This document shows, piece by piece, positions 55,686 to 63,975 of a stretch of DNA of 64,000 nt (its first letter is position 1; every line of letters starts with the position of its first letter). This DNA comes from a virus. The notes under the pieces are model-generated. The model was not told the DNA's origin. It worked only from the letters and a program-made list of their open reading frames with translations, and searched no databases. The position numbers and the translations under genes are program-made. Location: the IMG/VR virus record IMGVR_UViG_3300025127_006147, positions 130,482 to 194,481 of that record; one strand, given 5' to 3'.

Positions 55686-56329
55686 AACTAATAATTGGTA
55701 GGTGGGGTCATGAATTAACAATGAATGAATTCACACCAGAAGAATATAAAAAGATTGAAGATTACGCTTTAGAAAACAATAAAGAAATAGAAGATGTAAT
55801 ACTTTATGAGATAGGTGATGCCTTAGATACAGGGAACGATTGGTATGATTTTGATAACCTGGGTCACTATTACGGACCAAGTAGCCCAGATTGCAAATTA
55901 ATGGTATATGAAGGTACCAAACAATTAGGTGAATACGATGTTTGTGAAATAGAATACAGTGAAGTGATATCTAAAATAGAAAGTAAACCAGATAACATTT
56001 TAGTAACTTACGTATCTTCTGAAAAAGGTAATTTAAAAACTTTTGAATTAGAACTAAAAGATGGGGAAGAATTTGATATTAAAAAACTTAAATTAGAAAT
56101 AAATGTCATCTTAACACCTAACAATGTTTATGAAATAGTTAACGAGGCAACTTACAATGGTGAATCTTTATATGGAGATGGTGGTGACACCACTGGTAAA
56201 GGGTTGGATTGTGAAGTTAAATTACCCCTATCAATACTAAAAGAAGAAAAACGTTTAGTCAGTAGTACTCTAAAAGAACTAGAAGAAAAAGAAAAATGGG
56301 CAGAAGGTGAAGGTCCCCAAACAGATTAA
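55670..56329 (+). CDS. acidic hypothetical protein
   Basis: 219-aa ORF. Confidence 0.75.
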   Translation: MSKKLELIIGRWGHELTMNEFTPEEYKKIEDYALENNKEIEDVILYEIGDALDTGNDWYDFDNLGHYYGPSSPDCKLMVYEGTKQLGEYDVCEIEYSEVISKIESKPDNILVTYVSSEKGNLKTFELELKDGEEFDIKKLKLEINVILTPNNVYEIVNEATYNGESLYGDGGDTTGKGLDCEVKLPLSILKEEKRLVSSTLKELEEKEKWAEGEGPQTD

Positions 56330-56332
56330 AAT

Positions 56333-56482
56333 ATGGGAACATTAGGGATAATAGTAATTATGACAATAGTTGTAATGGTAATTAGATTGGGAGTACTTTC
56401 TAAGTATAATGACCAAAATAATGACCTACTACGGAACATTAAAAAATTTGATATTAATCGAAACAATAAAAAAAATGGATAA
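56333..56482 (+). CDS. 49-aa membrane-anchored protein (not in ORF track)
   Basis: MGTLGIIVIMTIVVMVIRLG..., open to TAA 56480-56482. Confidence 0.5.
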   Translation: MGTLGIIVIMTIVVMVIRLGVLSKYNDQNNDLLRNIKKFDINRNNKKNG

Positions 56483-56714
56483 AGAATACATAACACTTAA
56501 ACTTATAGAAGAATTAAATGAACTATCAACAATACTTTTACAACAACATAATAAACCCCATAAAGATTTTATAAATGAAATATCTATGGAGTTTGGAGAT
56601 GTTCAATATTGGATGGATATGTTTAAAGATGATTGTAAATTAGATAAAAAATTAGTAAAAGAAACATATAAAAATAAAACATGGAAACACGAGAGAATGA
56701 AGATAAGGGGATAG
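56475..56714 (+). CDS. MazG-like (all-alpha NTP pyrophosphohydrolase) protein
   Basis: KLIEELNEL...ISMEFGDV (EExxE...ExxD); start taken at MDKEY. Confidence 0.55.
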   Translation: MDKEYITLKLIEELNELSTILLQQHNKPHKDFINEISMEFGDVQYWMDMFKDDCKLDKKLVKETYKNKTWKHERMKIRG

Positions 56715-56878
56715 AACCAGATTTTATTTGTGATAAGTGTAATTATCCTATGTATGGCATAGAAGAATTAGGGTTTTTGGGTAATCCAGATAAAGAAAAC
56801 TTTGAATGTAGTCCTTTTACGGAACTTATGACTTTATGTCCTAAATGTACACCTCCCGAGTATCTTATTAACAAATAA
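56681..56878 (+). CDS. small Zn-ribbon-like protein
   Basis: CDKC...CPKC. Confidence 0.55.
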   Translation: METRENEDKGIEPDFICDKCNYPMYGIEELGFLGNPDKENFECSPFTELMTLCPKCTPPEYLINK

Positions 56879-56879
56879 A

Positions 56880-56911
56880 TTTGTATTATTAAATATTTTT
56901 TCCTATATTTG
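56880..56911 (+). promoter_or_regulatory. Bacteroidota-type promoter
   Basis: TTTG 56880-56883, TATATTTG 56904-56911. Confidence 0.65.
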
Positions 56912-56939
56912 TATTATTAACTAATTAAAAATATAAAAT

Positions 56940-57035
56940 ATGAAATTAATAAAATATGTAATTTTGGGTATACTGGTGATTCTAGGGGTAAACGCTATTC
57001 TAAGTGGTGGTGAGGAAGAGGAAGAGACTACTTAA
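56940..57035 (+). CDS. 31-aa membrane peptide (not in ORF track)
   Basis: MKLIKYVILGILVILGVNAILSGGEEEEETT*, downstream of its own promoter. Confidence 0.5.
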   Translation: MKLIKYVILGILVILGVNAILSGGEEEEETT

Positions 57036-57354
57036 AGAATTGAATCAGTGTTAAAGCAACACCAACCAATCCTTGTACTATTAAAAATATGGTTACCGCT
57101 TGAGTTTTAAAAGTTTTAAGTTCGGTAACCTTGTCACTCAATTCTTTAAGTTGTGTGGGTGAAGCTACTTCGTCCACTGCTTGTTTCCAAGCTTTTAATT
57201 CCTTTACAGATTCTTCTTTACCTTTGAGTTCTACTATTTCGTTCTTCAACTCTATTATTTGACCATTAAGAACAGTAATTCCTTCATTAAGTCTTTCTAA
57301 CTCATTAATAACTAATTTTGAGTATTCGTTCCATCCGTTTTGTCCGTCTGACAT
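57028..57354 (-). CDS. coiled-coil protein with C-terminal transmembrane helix (holin-like candidate)
   Basis: Heptad-rich N-terminus and C-terminal AVTIFLIVQGLVGVALTLIQFF. Confidence 0.65.
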   Translation of the reverse strand: MSDGQNGWNEYSKLVINELERLNEGITVLNGQIIELKNEIVELKGKEESVKELKAWKQAVDEVASPTQLKELSDKVTELKTFKTQAVTIFLIVQGLVGVALTLIQFFK

Positions 57355-57355
57355 A

Positions 57356-57877
57356 TCACACCAATTTTCTAATCAATTCCATTTTATCCTGAGAACAAGT
57401 TTCTCGGTCTTTAATAATTTTTTCTAATTCCTCAATCTTTTTTTGTTGGTCTATGTATTGAGTAATGTCAAAAGCACAACCAGCAACTCCTACTACTTTG
57501 TTTTTGTTATTATAAATTGGTGTACAATGTGTATGCCACACTCTCCCCAGATGTTCATAATCATATTTGACTGGGGAACCTTCTAAAGCTTTAATATGGT
57601 GTTGAATAGGGTCAAAAGAATCGTCTACCGTATCAAAGTATTCATACAAACTTTTACCAATACTTTGACCTTCTTTTATACCTAAATTTTTTAGTCCTCT
57701 ACCACCTGAAAGGGTAAAAACTAAGTTTTTATCAACCGCCCATATTACCAGACCAGCTGGACAATTTTCAAAGACTAATTTTACCAATTCATCTCTCTTT
57801 TTCATCTCAGCATCTCTGTCATTTAAGGTGTCTGTTAACTGTTTTAAGTAACTTAAATTACATTCTGATGTGTACAT
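57356..57877 (-). CDS. stand-alone PAS-domain protein
   Basis: VFENCPAGLVIWAVD, IGKSLYE.F, ALEG, TPIYN...VVGVAGCAFDIT (PAS/PAC signature). Confidence 0.85.
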   Translation of the reverse strand: MYTSECNLSYLKQLTDTLNDRDAEMKKRDELVKLVFENCPAGLVIWAVDKNLVFTLSGGRGLKNLGIKEGQSIGKSLYEYFDTVDDSFDPIQHHIKALEGSPVKYDYEHLGRVWHTHCTPIYNNKNKVVGVAGCAFDITQYIDQQKKIEELEKIIKDRETCSQDKMELIRKLV

Positions 57878-57893
57878 ATGTGAGTAAGTTTTT

Positions 57894-57907
57894 ATATTTA
57901 TAAATAT
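57894..57907. promoter_or_regulatory. palindromic double TATTTAT motif between divergent genes
   Basis: ATATTTATAAATAT, a perfect 14-bp palindrome. Confidence 0.5.
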
Positions 57908-58172
57908 GGAGAATCCAAAAGAAAGAAGAAAAAGACTTATAAAAAACTGGGATGACAGGAAAATAGACCAAGTTGAAAAGTCGTTTAAAGATTTAATTGA
58001 GATGGGACCAGAACAATGGACTCAAAATTATACTATTTCTCATAGTGATAAAATAGCTCAATTAGACCTAATGATTGAGTATTTTGAAAATCCAGATATT
58101 GAAGAATATGAAAAATGTCAGTTCCTTTTAGATGTTAAAAATGACATTAATATTCATAGATATATGTTGTAA
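57906..58172 (+). CDS. hypothetical protein with UvrB/UvrC-like motif
   Basis: EYFE...EEYEKCQFL.D. Confidence 0.65.
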   Translation: MENPKERRKRLIKNWDDRKIDQVEKSFKDLIEMGPEQWTQNYTISHSDKIAQLDLMIEYFENPDIEEYEKCQFLLDVKNDINIHRYML

Positions 58173-58176
58173 TTTA

Positions 58177-58208
58177 TTTGGTAGTTTCGACATAAATTCT
58201 TATATTTG
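58177..58208 (+). promoter_or_regulatory. Bacteroidota-type promoter
   Basis: TTTG 58177-58180, TATATTTG 58201-58208. Confidence 0.7.
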
Positions 58209-58243
58209 TATTAATAATAATTAACCACTCAAATAAAGATTCT

Positions 58244-59122
58244 ATGAAACCAGTAAGATTAAAAGACCTACATATTCCCCAAGAAGTACTACAACCAATG
58301 AAAACCAACTCTGAGTTAGACCAGTTTGTTTCTACCAGAGGAGGATTTTTACCTTCAACAGTTTATATTGTTGTTGGTGGTGCAGGTAGTGGTAAAACAT
58401 CTTGGGCTATAGATACATTATCTAAACTACAAAGTAACAACCCGACTAAAAAATGTTTATATATTTCAGGAGAACAGGACGAGATAGATAACTATGAACT
58501 ATCTACTTTTATTCCTGGTCTACTAGAATTAGATACTCTTTATCTTGCAGGTGTTAAAAATCCACAAAAACTTATCCAAGATACTCTAGACCAGGGATGG
58601 GATATGGTATTAATGGATTCCTTAGAGGTAGTATCAGGACGTATTCAGACTACTACAGACCTTAACTCTAAACAAAGTTTAAAGTGGGTCATGGACCTTA
58701 TGTTCAAACATAAGAGAGGGAATAATCCTACCAACACCTACACTGGATTCCTAGTCATTCAACAAGCTACTAAGAGTGGAACCTTTAAAGGAGATTCGTC
58801 TATTGAGTTTGACACTTCAGGAATGTTATATATCCGTAGAGGTCATGGTACTGAGAGACATTTAGAATTCAGTAAAAACCGTAGAGGTGAATCCAATGTT
58901 AAGTTATACTATAAACTTGATAACGGACAAATGGTTTACATGAAGGAGGAAGAGGAGGTAGTTGAACCAACCGTTAAACCTACAATCGGAATTCCTACTA
59001 TAGCTTTCGCTTCTTTAATCAAAGCATTAGCTAAGAAAAGATTTGCAACTAACCTTACACAAAATGAATCATTCGTTATTGTGAAAGAATTAGAGGACAC
59101 ATATAAAAACTTGGTAAAGTAA
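58244..59122 (+). CDS. RadA/Sms-like RecA-fold ATPase
   Basis: ELD..VS..GG..P, GGAGSGKTS (Walker A), YISGEQ, VLMDS (Walker B), G.FKGDS, KNRRG. Confidence 0.8.
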   Translation: MKPVRLKDLHIPQEVLQPMKTNSELDQFVSTRGGFLPSTVYIVVGGAGSGKTSWAIDTLSKLQSNNPTKKCLYISGEQDEIDNYELSTFIPGLLELDTLYLAGVKNPQKLIQDTLDQGWDMVLMDSLEVVSGRIQTTTDLNSKQSLKWVMDLMFKHKRGNNPTNTYTGFLVIQQATKSGTFKGDSSIEFDTSGMLYIRRGHGTERHLEFSKNRRGESNVKLYYKLDNGQMVYMKEEEEVVEPTVKPTIGIPTIAFASLIKALAKKRFATNLTQNESFVIVKELEDTYKNLVK

Positions 59123-59141
59123 TAAATTTTAATTATATTTG
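59111..59141 (+). promoter_or_regulatory. Bacteroidota-type promoter, probably leaderless
   Basis: TTGG 59111-59114, TATATTTG 59134-59141, ATG 59146. Confidence 0.6.
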
Positions 59142-59145
59142 TACT

Positions 59146-59640
59146 ATGAAAAACATAATATTTATTTTAACCTTTATTTTAACAACATTCAGTTTGAGTG
59201 CACAGACTCAACTAGATTACCTAGTGTTAGAAAAAGTTAATGAGTATCGTATAGAAAATGGTTTAACCAAATTAGAGTGGTGTGATAAAACTTATCTTGC
59301 TAGTAAACACCATACAGAATACATGGTTAAAGTTGGTGACGTATTACATAGAGAAAAAAACAATACACCAAAACCAAGTGATAGACTTTTACTTTATAAT
59401 GTTGATTTTAATATTTCTGGTGAAAATTGTACTTCAGTATTACTAGATGAGGATTCTCCTTTAAGTGTAAACGAAATGGCAAATGAAATCGTACAAAATT
59501 GGAAAAATTCACCTACACATAATTCTATAATGTTAGATAATGATTTTAATAGTGGTGCAGTTAGTTGTGGACCAGGTATTCTAAAAGTTTATGGTAATAG
59601 TTACGAGTGGATGTTGTCTACTCTTAATGTATCTAATTAA
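59146..59640 (+). CDS. secreted CAP (SCP-like) domain protein
   Basis: Signal peptide; VNEYR..NGL, H..YM...H, SGEN, W.NSPTHN.IML. Confidence 0.85.
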   Translation: MKNIIFILTFILTTFSLSAQTQLDYLVLEKVNEYRIENGLTKLEWCDKTYLASKHHTEYMVKVGDVLHREKNNTPKPSDRLLLYNVDFNISGENCTSVLLDEDSPLSVNEMANEIVQNWKNSPTHNSIMLDNDFNSGAVSCGPGILKVYGNSYEWMLSTLNVSN

Positions 59641-59642
59641 AT

Positions 59643-60938
59643 TTAAACTGATTTTTTAGTACAAGGATTGAATTTAACTAATCGTCTAACTCCACCACCA
59701 ACATCCCCTTTGGATGCACCAAAAGGTTCTTTTGGACCATAAATTTTATTAATTAGTTTTCCCTTATCATCTACAGTGTACGCACAAACCATAGGTGCGT
59801 CACCATGATATAACTCTCTTACTAAGGTTCCTTTTTTACCCTGTATAGTTAAATTTAATAAACCGTTAGGTGACTTCTCTATCATTTGTTTTAATAAGTC
59901 ATCACTTACACCTAATACATTAATTGCTGAACCACCTCTCTCAGATGGACTTATCCTCTCAACCAAATTAGGGTTATCTGATTTATCCGTACCAATTGTA
60001 GCCTTAGGATTTTTCGCAAAATACTGGGTTCCATTGTTCATATTAGCAACACCTACAGGTATACCATTACATTTAATATCAAAGGTCGCGTAATCACAAG
60101 CGTGTGGCCCACTATTTGCTGGGACTTCTATACGAGAAATTACTCTTCCACCTTCTTTAGGGGCAAAGAAACCTACAATTACTCTAAGTCCTTTCGCACA
60201 GTTAAATAATTTTTCTTTTTCACCTACAGTTAATGGTCTAGGAACTAATTTCATGAAACCTTTAATCTGAACATATTGTCCAGCTTTAGGATATTTTGAA
60301 GAATTCCTTTTCTCATCAGTACAACCTCCAGTATCTGTAATCTTCGAGGTTATTTTTCTAGGTTCAATACCATCTTTTACACTAAATCCTAATCCTTTAC
60401 CTTTTGTTTTAATTACATTAACCAGTCCTTTCCATCTGTTTTCTGCGTAACCCATATTTTTATCCCAGTTACTATCACCTGGTTTAGGTAAAGTATCAAA
60501 AGGTGGTTTAGAAAGTTCTTCAGGTTTGTATTTATATCCATCATTTTTCCAAGTAGGTTGTAAAGGTCCACTTAAATGATTACTTGCTGAACCTACTACA
60601 TCAGCAATACTTACTAAGTCTAAATTATAAAGACCCTCTAAGTTTTCAGCAGCTAAAATCTCTGTCATTTTTTGTTTTACTGATGATAAAGCTTCTAAGT
60701 AAACTTTTTCACTAGACTTAGCTGCTCCAAAGTAAGCTCTAAACGAAAATCTAATATTAGTTGGTTTACCTTCTTTGTTTTTACCAAGTTTTATTTCACC
60801 AATAATAGGAGGTTCAATAGAATTGCTACCACTACAATTCCCATATTTTTCTTCTTGTTCACTAATGGTTTCACCTATATTATAACCTATAAGTGATTTC
60901 ATTTTGTTAATGTCGTTCTCTAATAAACTCTTTTTCAT
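59643..60938 (-). CDS. leader-tagged hypothetical protein
   Basis: MKKSLLE|NDINKMKSLIGY...ISE|Q; TATTTATA 60943-60950 (minus). Confidence 0.7.
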   Translation of the reverse strand: MKKSLLENDINKMKSLIGYNIGETISEQEEKYGNCSGSNSIEPPIIGEIKLGKNKEGKPTNIRFSFRAYFGAAKSSEKVYLEALSSVKQKMTEILAAENLEGLYNLDLVSIADVVGSASNHLSGPLQPTWKNDGYKYKPEELSKPPFDTLPKPGDSNWDKNMGYAENRWKGLVNVIKTKGKGLGFSVKDGIEPRKITSKITDTGGCTDEKRNSSKYPKAGQYVQIKGFMKLVPRPLTVGEKEKLFNCAKGLRVIVGFFAPKEGGRVISRIEVPANSGPHACDYATFDIKCNGIPVGVANMNNGTQYFAKNPKATIGTDKSDNPNLVERISPSERGGSAINVLGVSDDLLKQMIEKSPNGLLNLTIQGKKGTLVRELYHGDAPMVCAYTVDDKGKLINKIYGPKEPFGASKGDVGGGVRRLVKFNPCTKKSV

Positions 60939-60953
60939 ATCATATAAATATTA

Positions 60954-61373
60954 TTACCAGGTTAATCCACCAGTTCCCGTTATATATTTCCAGTAAGAGT
61001 CTTCGGGGGAATTAGCTCTTAACATATTACTATAATCATCTTCATCTCTGGGAGCATATATCTTTAACTCATAAGGTAATTTTTTACCACCAAACAATTT
61101 AACCACATCGTTAGTAATATGGTGGTCCATCATATAAGACCAGTCAAAATTGTGAGTGTCCCATAAATCTTCTTCCATATCTATAGGTGAATTAAGATAG
61201 ACGTTCACATCCAACCAGTCCTCACTTCTACTGTCACCGTAGTAACTTCTTCCCACTTCAGGATTAGTGTGGTACACCAAGTCAATTTTTTCTACCACAG
61301 GATAGATTTGTCTAATCTTTCCGGTTGGTGAATTAATATAATCGTTAATTACTTTTTCTATTTCTGGTGTCAT
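60954..61373 (-). CDS. hypothetical protein
   Basis: 139-aa ORF in a minus-strand late-type run. Confidence 0.7.
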   Translation of the reverse strand: MTPEIEKVINDYINSPTGKIRQIYPVVEKIDLVYHTNPEVGRSYYGDSRSEDWLDVNVYLNSPIDMEEDLWDTHNFDWSYMMDHHITNDVVKLFGGKKLPYELKIYAPRDEDDYSNMLRANSPEDSYWKYITGTGGLTW

Positions 61374-61380
61374 ATTATTT

Positions 61381-63117
61381 TTAATAGTCTATACCAGGTC
61401 CAAACGTCCTAGTATCTTTTATTGTGAAATAAACGTCAGTGTTAGGGATAAGTTTATTAATATCATATCTAATCTCACTTCTAGTGTTTCTGTAGTCTTC
61501 AAAACCATACCTAGGACCATTCACATACATATCAACATGTAACCTGTTACCAAAACCCTCCATATCTATATTCTGGATGTTTTTTACTATCACACCTTCA
61601 ACTGATTCTATTTCATTAATAAATTCCATTTCACCCAGACCCATTTCTTCAGTTTCTTTCTCCATTCTTATTAGAGACTGGTCTATAATGGATTGTATAC
61701 CTTTAATAAGTTTATCGGAGTTAGAATTTACCTGTTCAGATAGATTTTTATTACTATTGTTTATTTTAAATTCAACCTTAGAGTTAGGTAATAGTTTATT
61801 AATCTCCATTTCCATATAATACATGATATTTTCATAAGCGTAATTTGGCATATAAGAAGTACTCACATTAAGTGTAGCAAAAACCATAAAGTCATAAGGT
61901 CCAAATTTTGGAAAAACCTCATCTACCACAATACTTTCTATAGAATCTATATCGGCCCTTGTTTCCACATCAACCCAATCCTCTCTACTGACGGATACTA
62001 AAGATTGGTTTAATAAAGTTTGTAGTGTCAATATAAGTTTCCTATCTCTATTGAACTGTTCAGATAATGTACCACCTATATTTGTACAAATAGGGTTATC
62101 AATATAAAAATATCTACTACCTTCAGGTTTAGGTAAAACCATTTTATCAGTATAAACATATTGTTTGTCTCTAATAACAACTTCTTTTTGTCTACCACCT
62201 ATAATAGTTTGACCCTCTAAAGTACCATAACCTACCAAGTCTACATTTCTTTGTTTAGAAACATAAACATTTCCTGTTATCCTATATGCTCCACTATCTG
62301 GATTCATTCGTGTGGAAGGTAAGTTTTCAATTTTCCACACCTTCTTACATTGTATAGTTTTTAATTCCCCATTTTTTTCCATAATTAAATCTATTCCTAA
62401 AAATACATCTATTATGTCACCACCACCACCCTGGTGTATAAGTTCCCATCCACAATCCAACATAGATTCAAGAACAAAATCCTCAACTTCCTCACCTTGT
62501 AAAGAATAATATAAAGATTGTGTGGTATATAAATCAGAGTCACTAATAAACCTATCATATAAAATTTCTGGGTAATTACCTACAGTATCAACAACATCCT
62601 GAAGTATATTTGTATTACCCTCACTTAAATCATTTAACAAATCTTCAACAGTGAAAGTTTTAGATTGTTCTACTATGTCTGTAATTAAAACAGCCAAGTC
62701 AGAATAGTTAGTGTCTAGTTTGTTTACTGGGTCCCACTCTAAGTTTCCATCTACTTCTCTATATAGAAAACCTAGTTCTGGTATACGGTTATTAATAAAT
62801 TCATCTATAGTACCATAAGTTATCTTACCTGTTTCAGAAGGCCACTGCCATTTTCTAGTAGGGTCTAAATCTTTAAGTCTAGATAATGTAGATAAAGTTC
62901 TTTCTTGTTCTTCTGGTGACATTACCTCATTCCACTTTTGTTTTTTCATATCAAAAACTTTTCTAATCAGTGGATACGTTATCTTTCTATAAAGTGATTT
63001 GTTTAACGTATTACACAATTTTTTAGATGCGGAACCATTAGGGTATTTAGTACAACCCCGAGGTAAAGTACCAGTACCATTTATTTCTTCAGATAATATG
63101 TTTAATAGTTTAATCAC
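61381..63117 (-). CDS. leader-tagged three-module protein with a restriction-endonuclease-fold (PD-(D/E)xK/Mrr-like) domain and two related C-terminal modules
   Basis: GTG start, ILSE|E; QGEEVEDFV...GWEL...GIDLIM...IQCKK; junctions TLSE|Q and NLSE|Q precede two similar modules (LQTLLNQSL / IQSIIDQSL). Confidence 0.65.
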   Translation of the reverse strand: MIKLLNILSEEINGTGTLPRGCTKYPNGSASKKLCNTLNKSLYRKITYPLIRKVFDMKKQKWNEVMSPEEQERTLSTLSRLKDLDPTRKWQWPSETGKITYGTIDEFINNRIPELGFLYREVDGNLEWDPVNKLDTNYSDLAVLITDIVEQSKTFTVEDLLNDLSEGNTNILQDVVDTVGNYPEILYDRFISDSDLYTTQSLYYSLQGEEVEDFVLESMLDCGWELIHQGGGGDIIDVFLGIDLIMEKNGELKTIQCKKVWKIENLPSTRMNPDSGAYRITGNVYVSKQRNVDLVGYGTLEGQTIIGGRQKEVVIRDKQYVYTDKMVLPKPEGSRYFYIDNPICTNIGGTLSEQFNRDRKLILTLQTLLNQSLVSVSREDWVDVETRADIDSIESIVVDEVFPKFGPYDFMVFATLNVSTSYMPNYAYENIMYYMEMEINKLLPNSKVEFKINNSNKNLSEQVNSNSDKLIKGIQSIIDQSLIRMEKETEEMGLGEMEFINEIESVEGVIVKNIQNIDMEGFGNRLHVDMYVNGPRYGFEDYRNTRSEIRYDINKLIPNTDVYFTIKDTRTFGPGIDY

Positions 63118-63132
63118 CGATACTATATAAGA

Positions 63133-63630
63133 TTATGTAATTACGTCAATACCGTTTTCTTGCATATACATTATATCGTCAGGATTTACACTGTTTTTTG
63201 TATTTCTAATATTCAATACATTTATATTAGAATTCACTATTTCCTCCACAGGTAAAGAACCTATATGAGCACCAGGTAAAGAAAGAAACAATAAGTTAGG
63301 TGATATTGCTTCTGCGGGTAAAGACTGAATAGTCCCACCGTCAATATGTAATACCTCTAAGTTAGGAAATCTAGAAAGTTCCATTAATTGTTCTGTGGAC
63401 AGTTCACCGTCACGATTTTCTATATCTATTCTTCTAGTTTCTTCAGTAGTACCTTCGTCAAAATTTATATTGTTGTCCTGGTTTATTAGATTAAGAAATA
63501 CAGGAGGATTATGCATTGGCCCAACTTGTTCATTTAAAAGTGAAGAACTACCACGGAAGTCTTTACGTGACTCATGTAGACTTAAGATTCTACTCTTCTC
63601 TGAGTCTGAGATTAAAAATCGATTTTTCAT
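63133..63630 (-). CDS. leader-tagged leucine-rich-repeat protein
   Basis: MKNRFLISDSEKSRILSLHE|S...LLNE|Q; RFPNLEVLHI, IQSLP, IGSLP, VLNIRN; TATTTATA 63648-63655 (minus). Confidence 0.75.
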   Translation of the reverse strand: MKNRFLISDSEKSRILSLHESRKDFRGSSSLLNEQVGPMHNPPVFLNLINQDNNINFDEGTTEETRRIDIENRDGELSTEQLMELSRFPNLEVLHIDGGTIQSLPAEAISPNLLFLSLPGAHIGSLPVEEIVNSNINVLNIRNTKNSVNPDDIMYMQENGIDVIT

Positions 63631-63821
63631 AGTAATATTGTTTATAGTATAAATAGTTTAATGTGTGAGATAATAACAACTAAGTTCCTCCCCATTATCC
63701 CTTATCCCTCCACTAACGTTTCGGTCAGGGTCACTACGGTCATTTCATTCCCTCCGTTTAATGTGGACTCACTCATTTGTTATTATCCACCTGGTGGGGG
63801 TAAAATTAATATTAGTATAAG

Positions 63822-63975
63822 TATAATCCCTATATATAATCCTATAGTAAACACTTAAGTTATATACCTTAACCCAGTTCCTATAATATATAACCATACA
63901 GTAAAAGGATACATCCTATATATAATGGTTATACATAAGGAACTTAACAATGACCCTATAGTATAATCCCTAAAT
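63822..63975. repeat. cluster of short direct repeats (CCTATA, TATAATCC)
   Basis: CCTATA at 63829, 63841, 63880, 63915, 63955; TATAATCC at 63822, 63835, 63962. Confidence 0.5.

Noticed and set aside
3882-63655. Canonical T4 late promoters (TATAAATA on the sense strand)
   Set aside because: Relative to the adjacent gene starts the motif is consistently TATTTAT(A) on the sense strand, the opposite orientation.
63661-63858. 65-aa ORF as a real gene
   Set aside because: Low-complexity P/I/S composition, no upstream motif, opposite to the local transcription direction.
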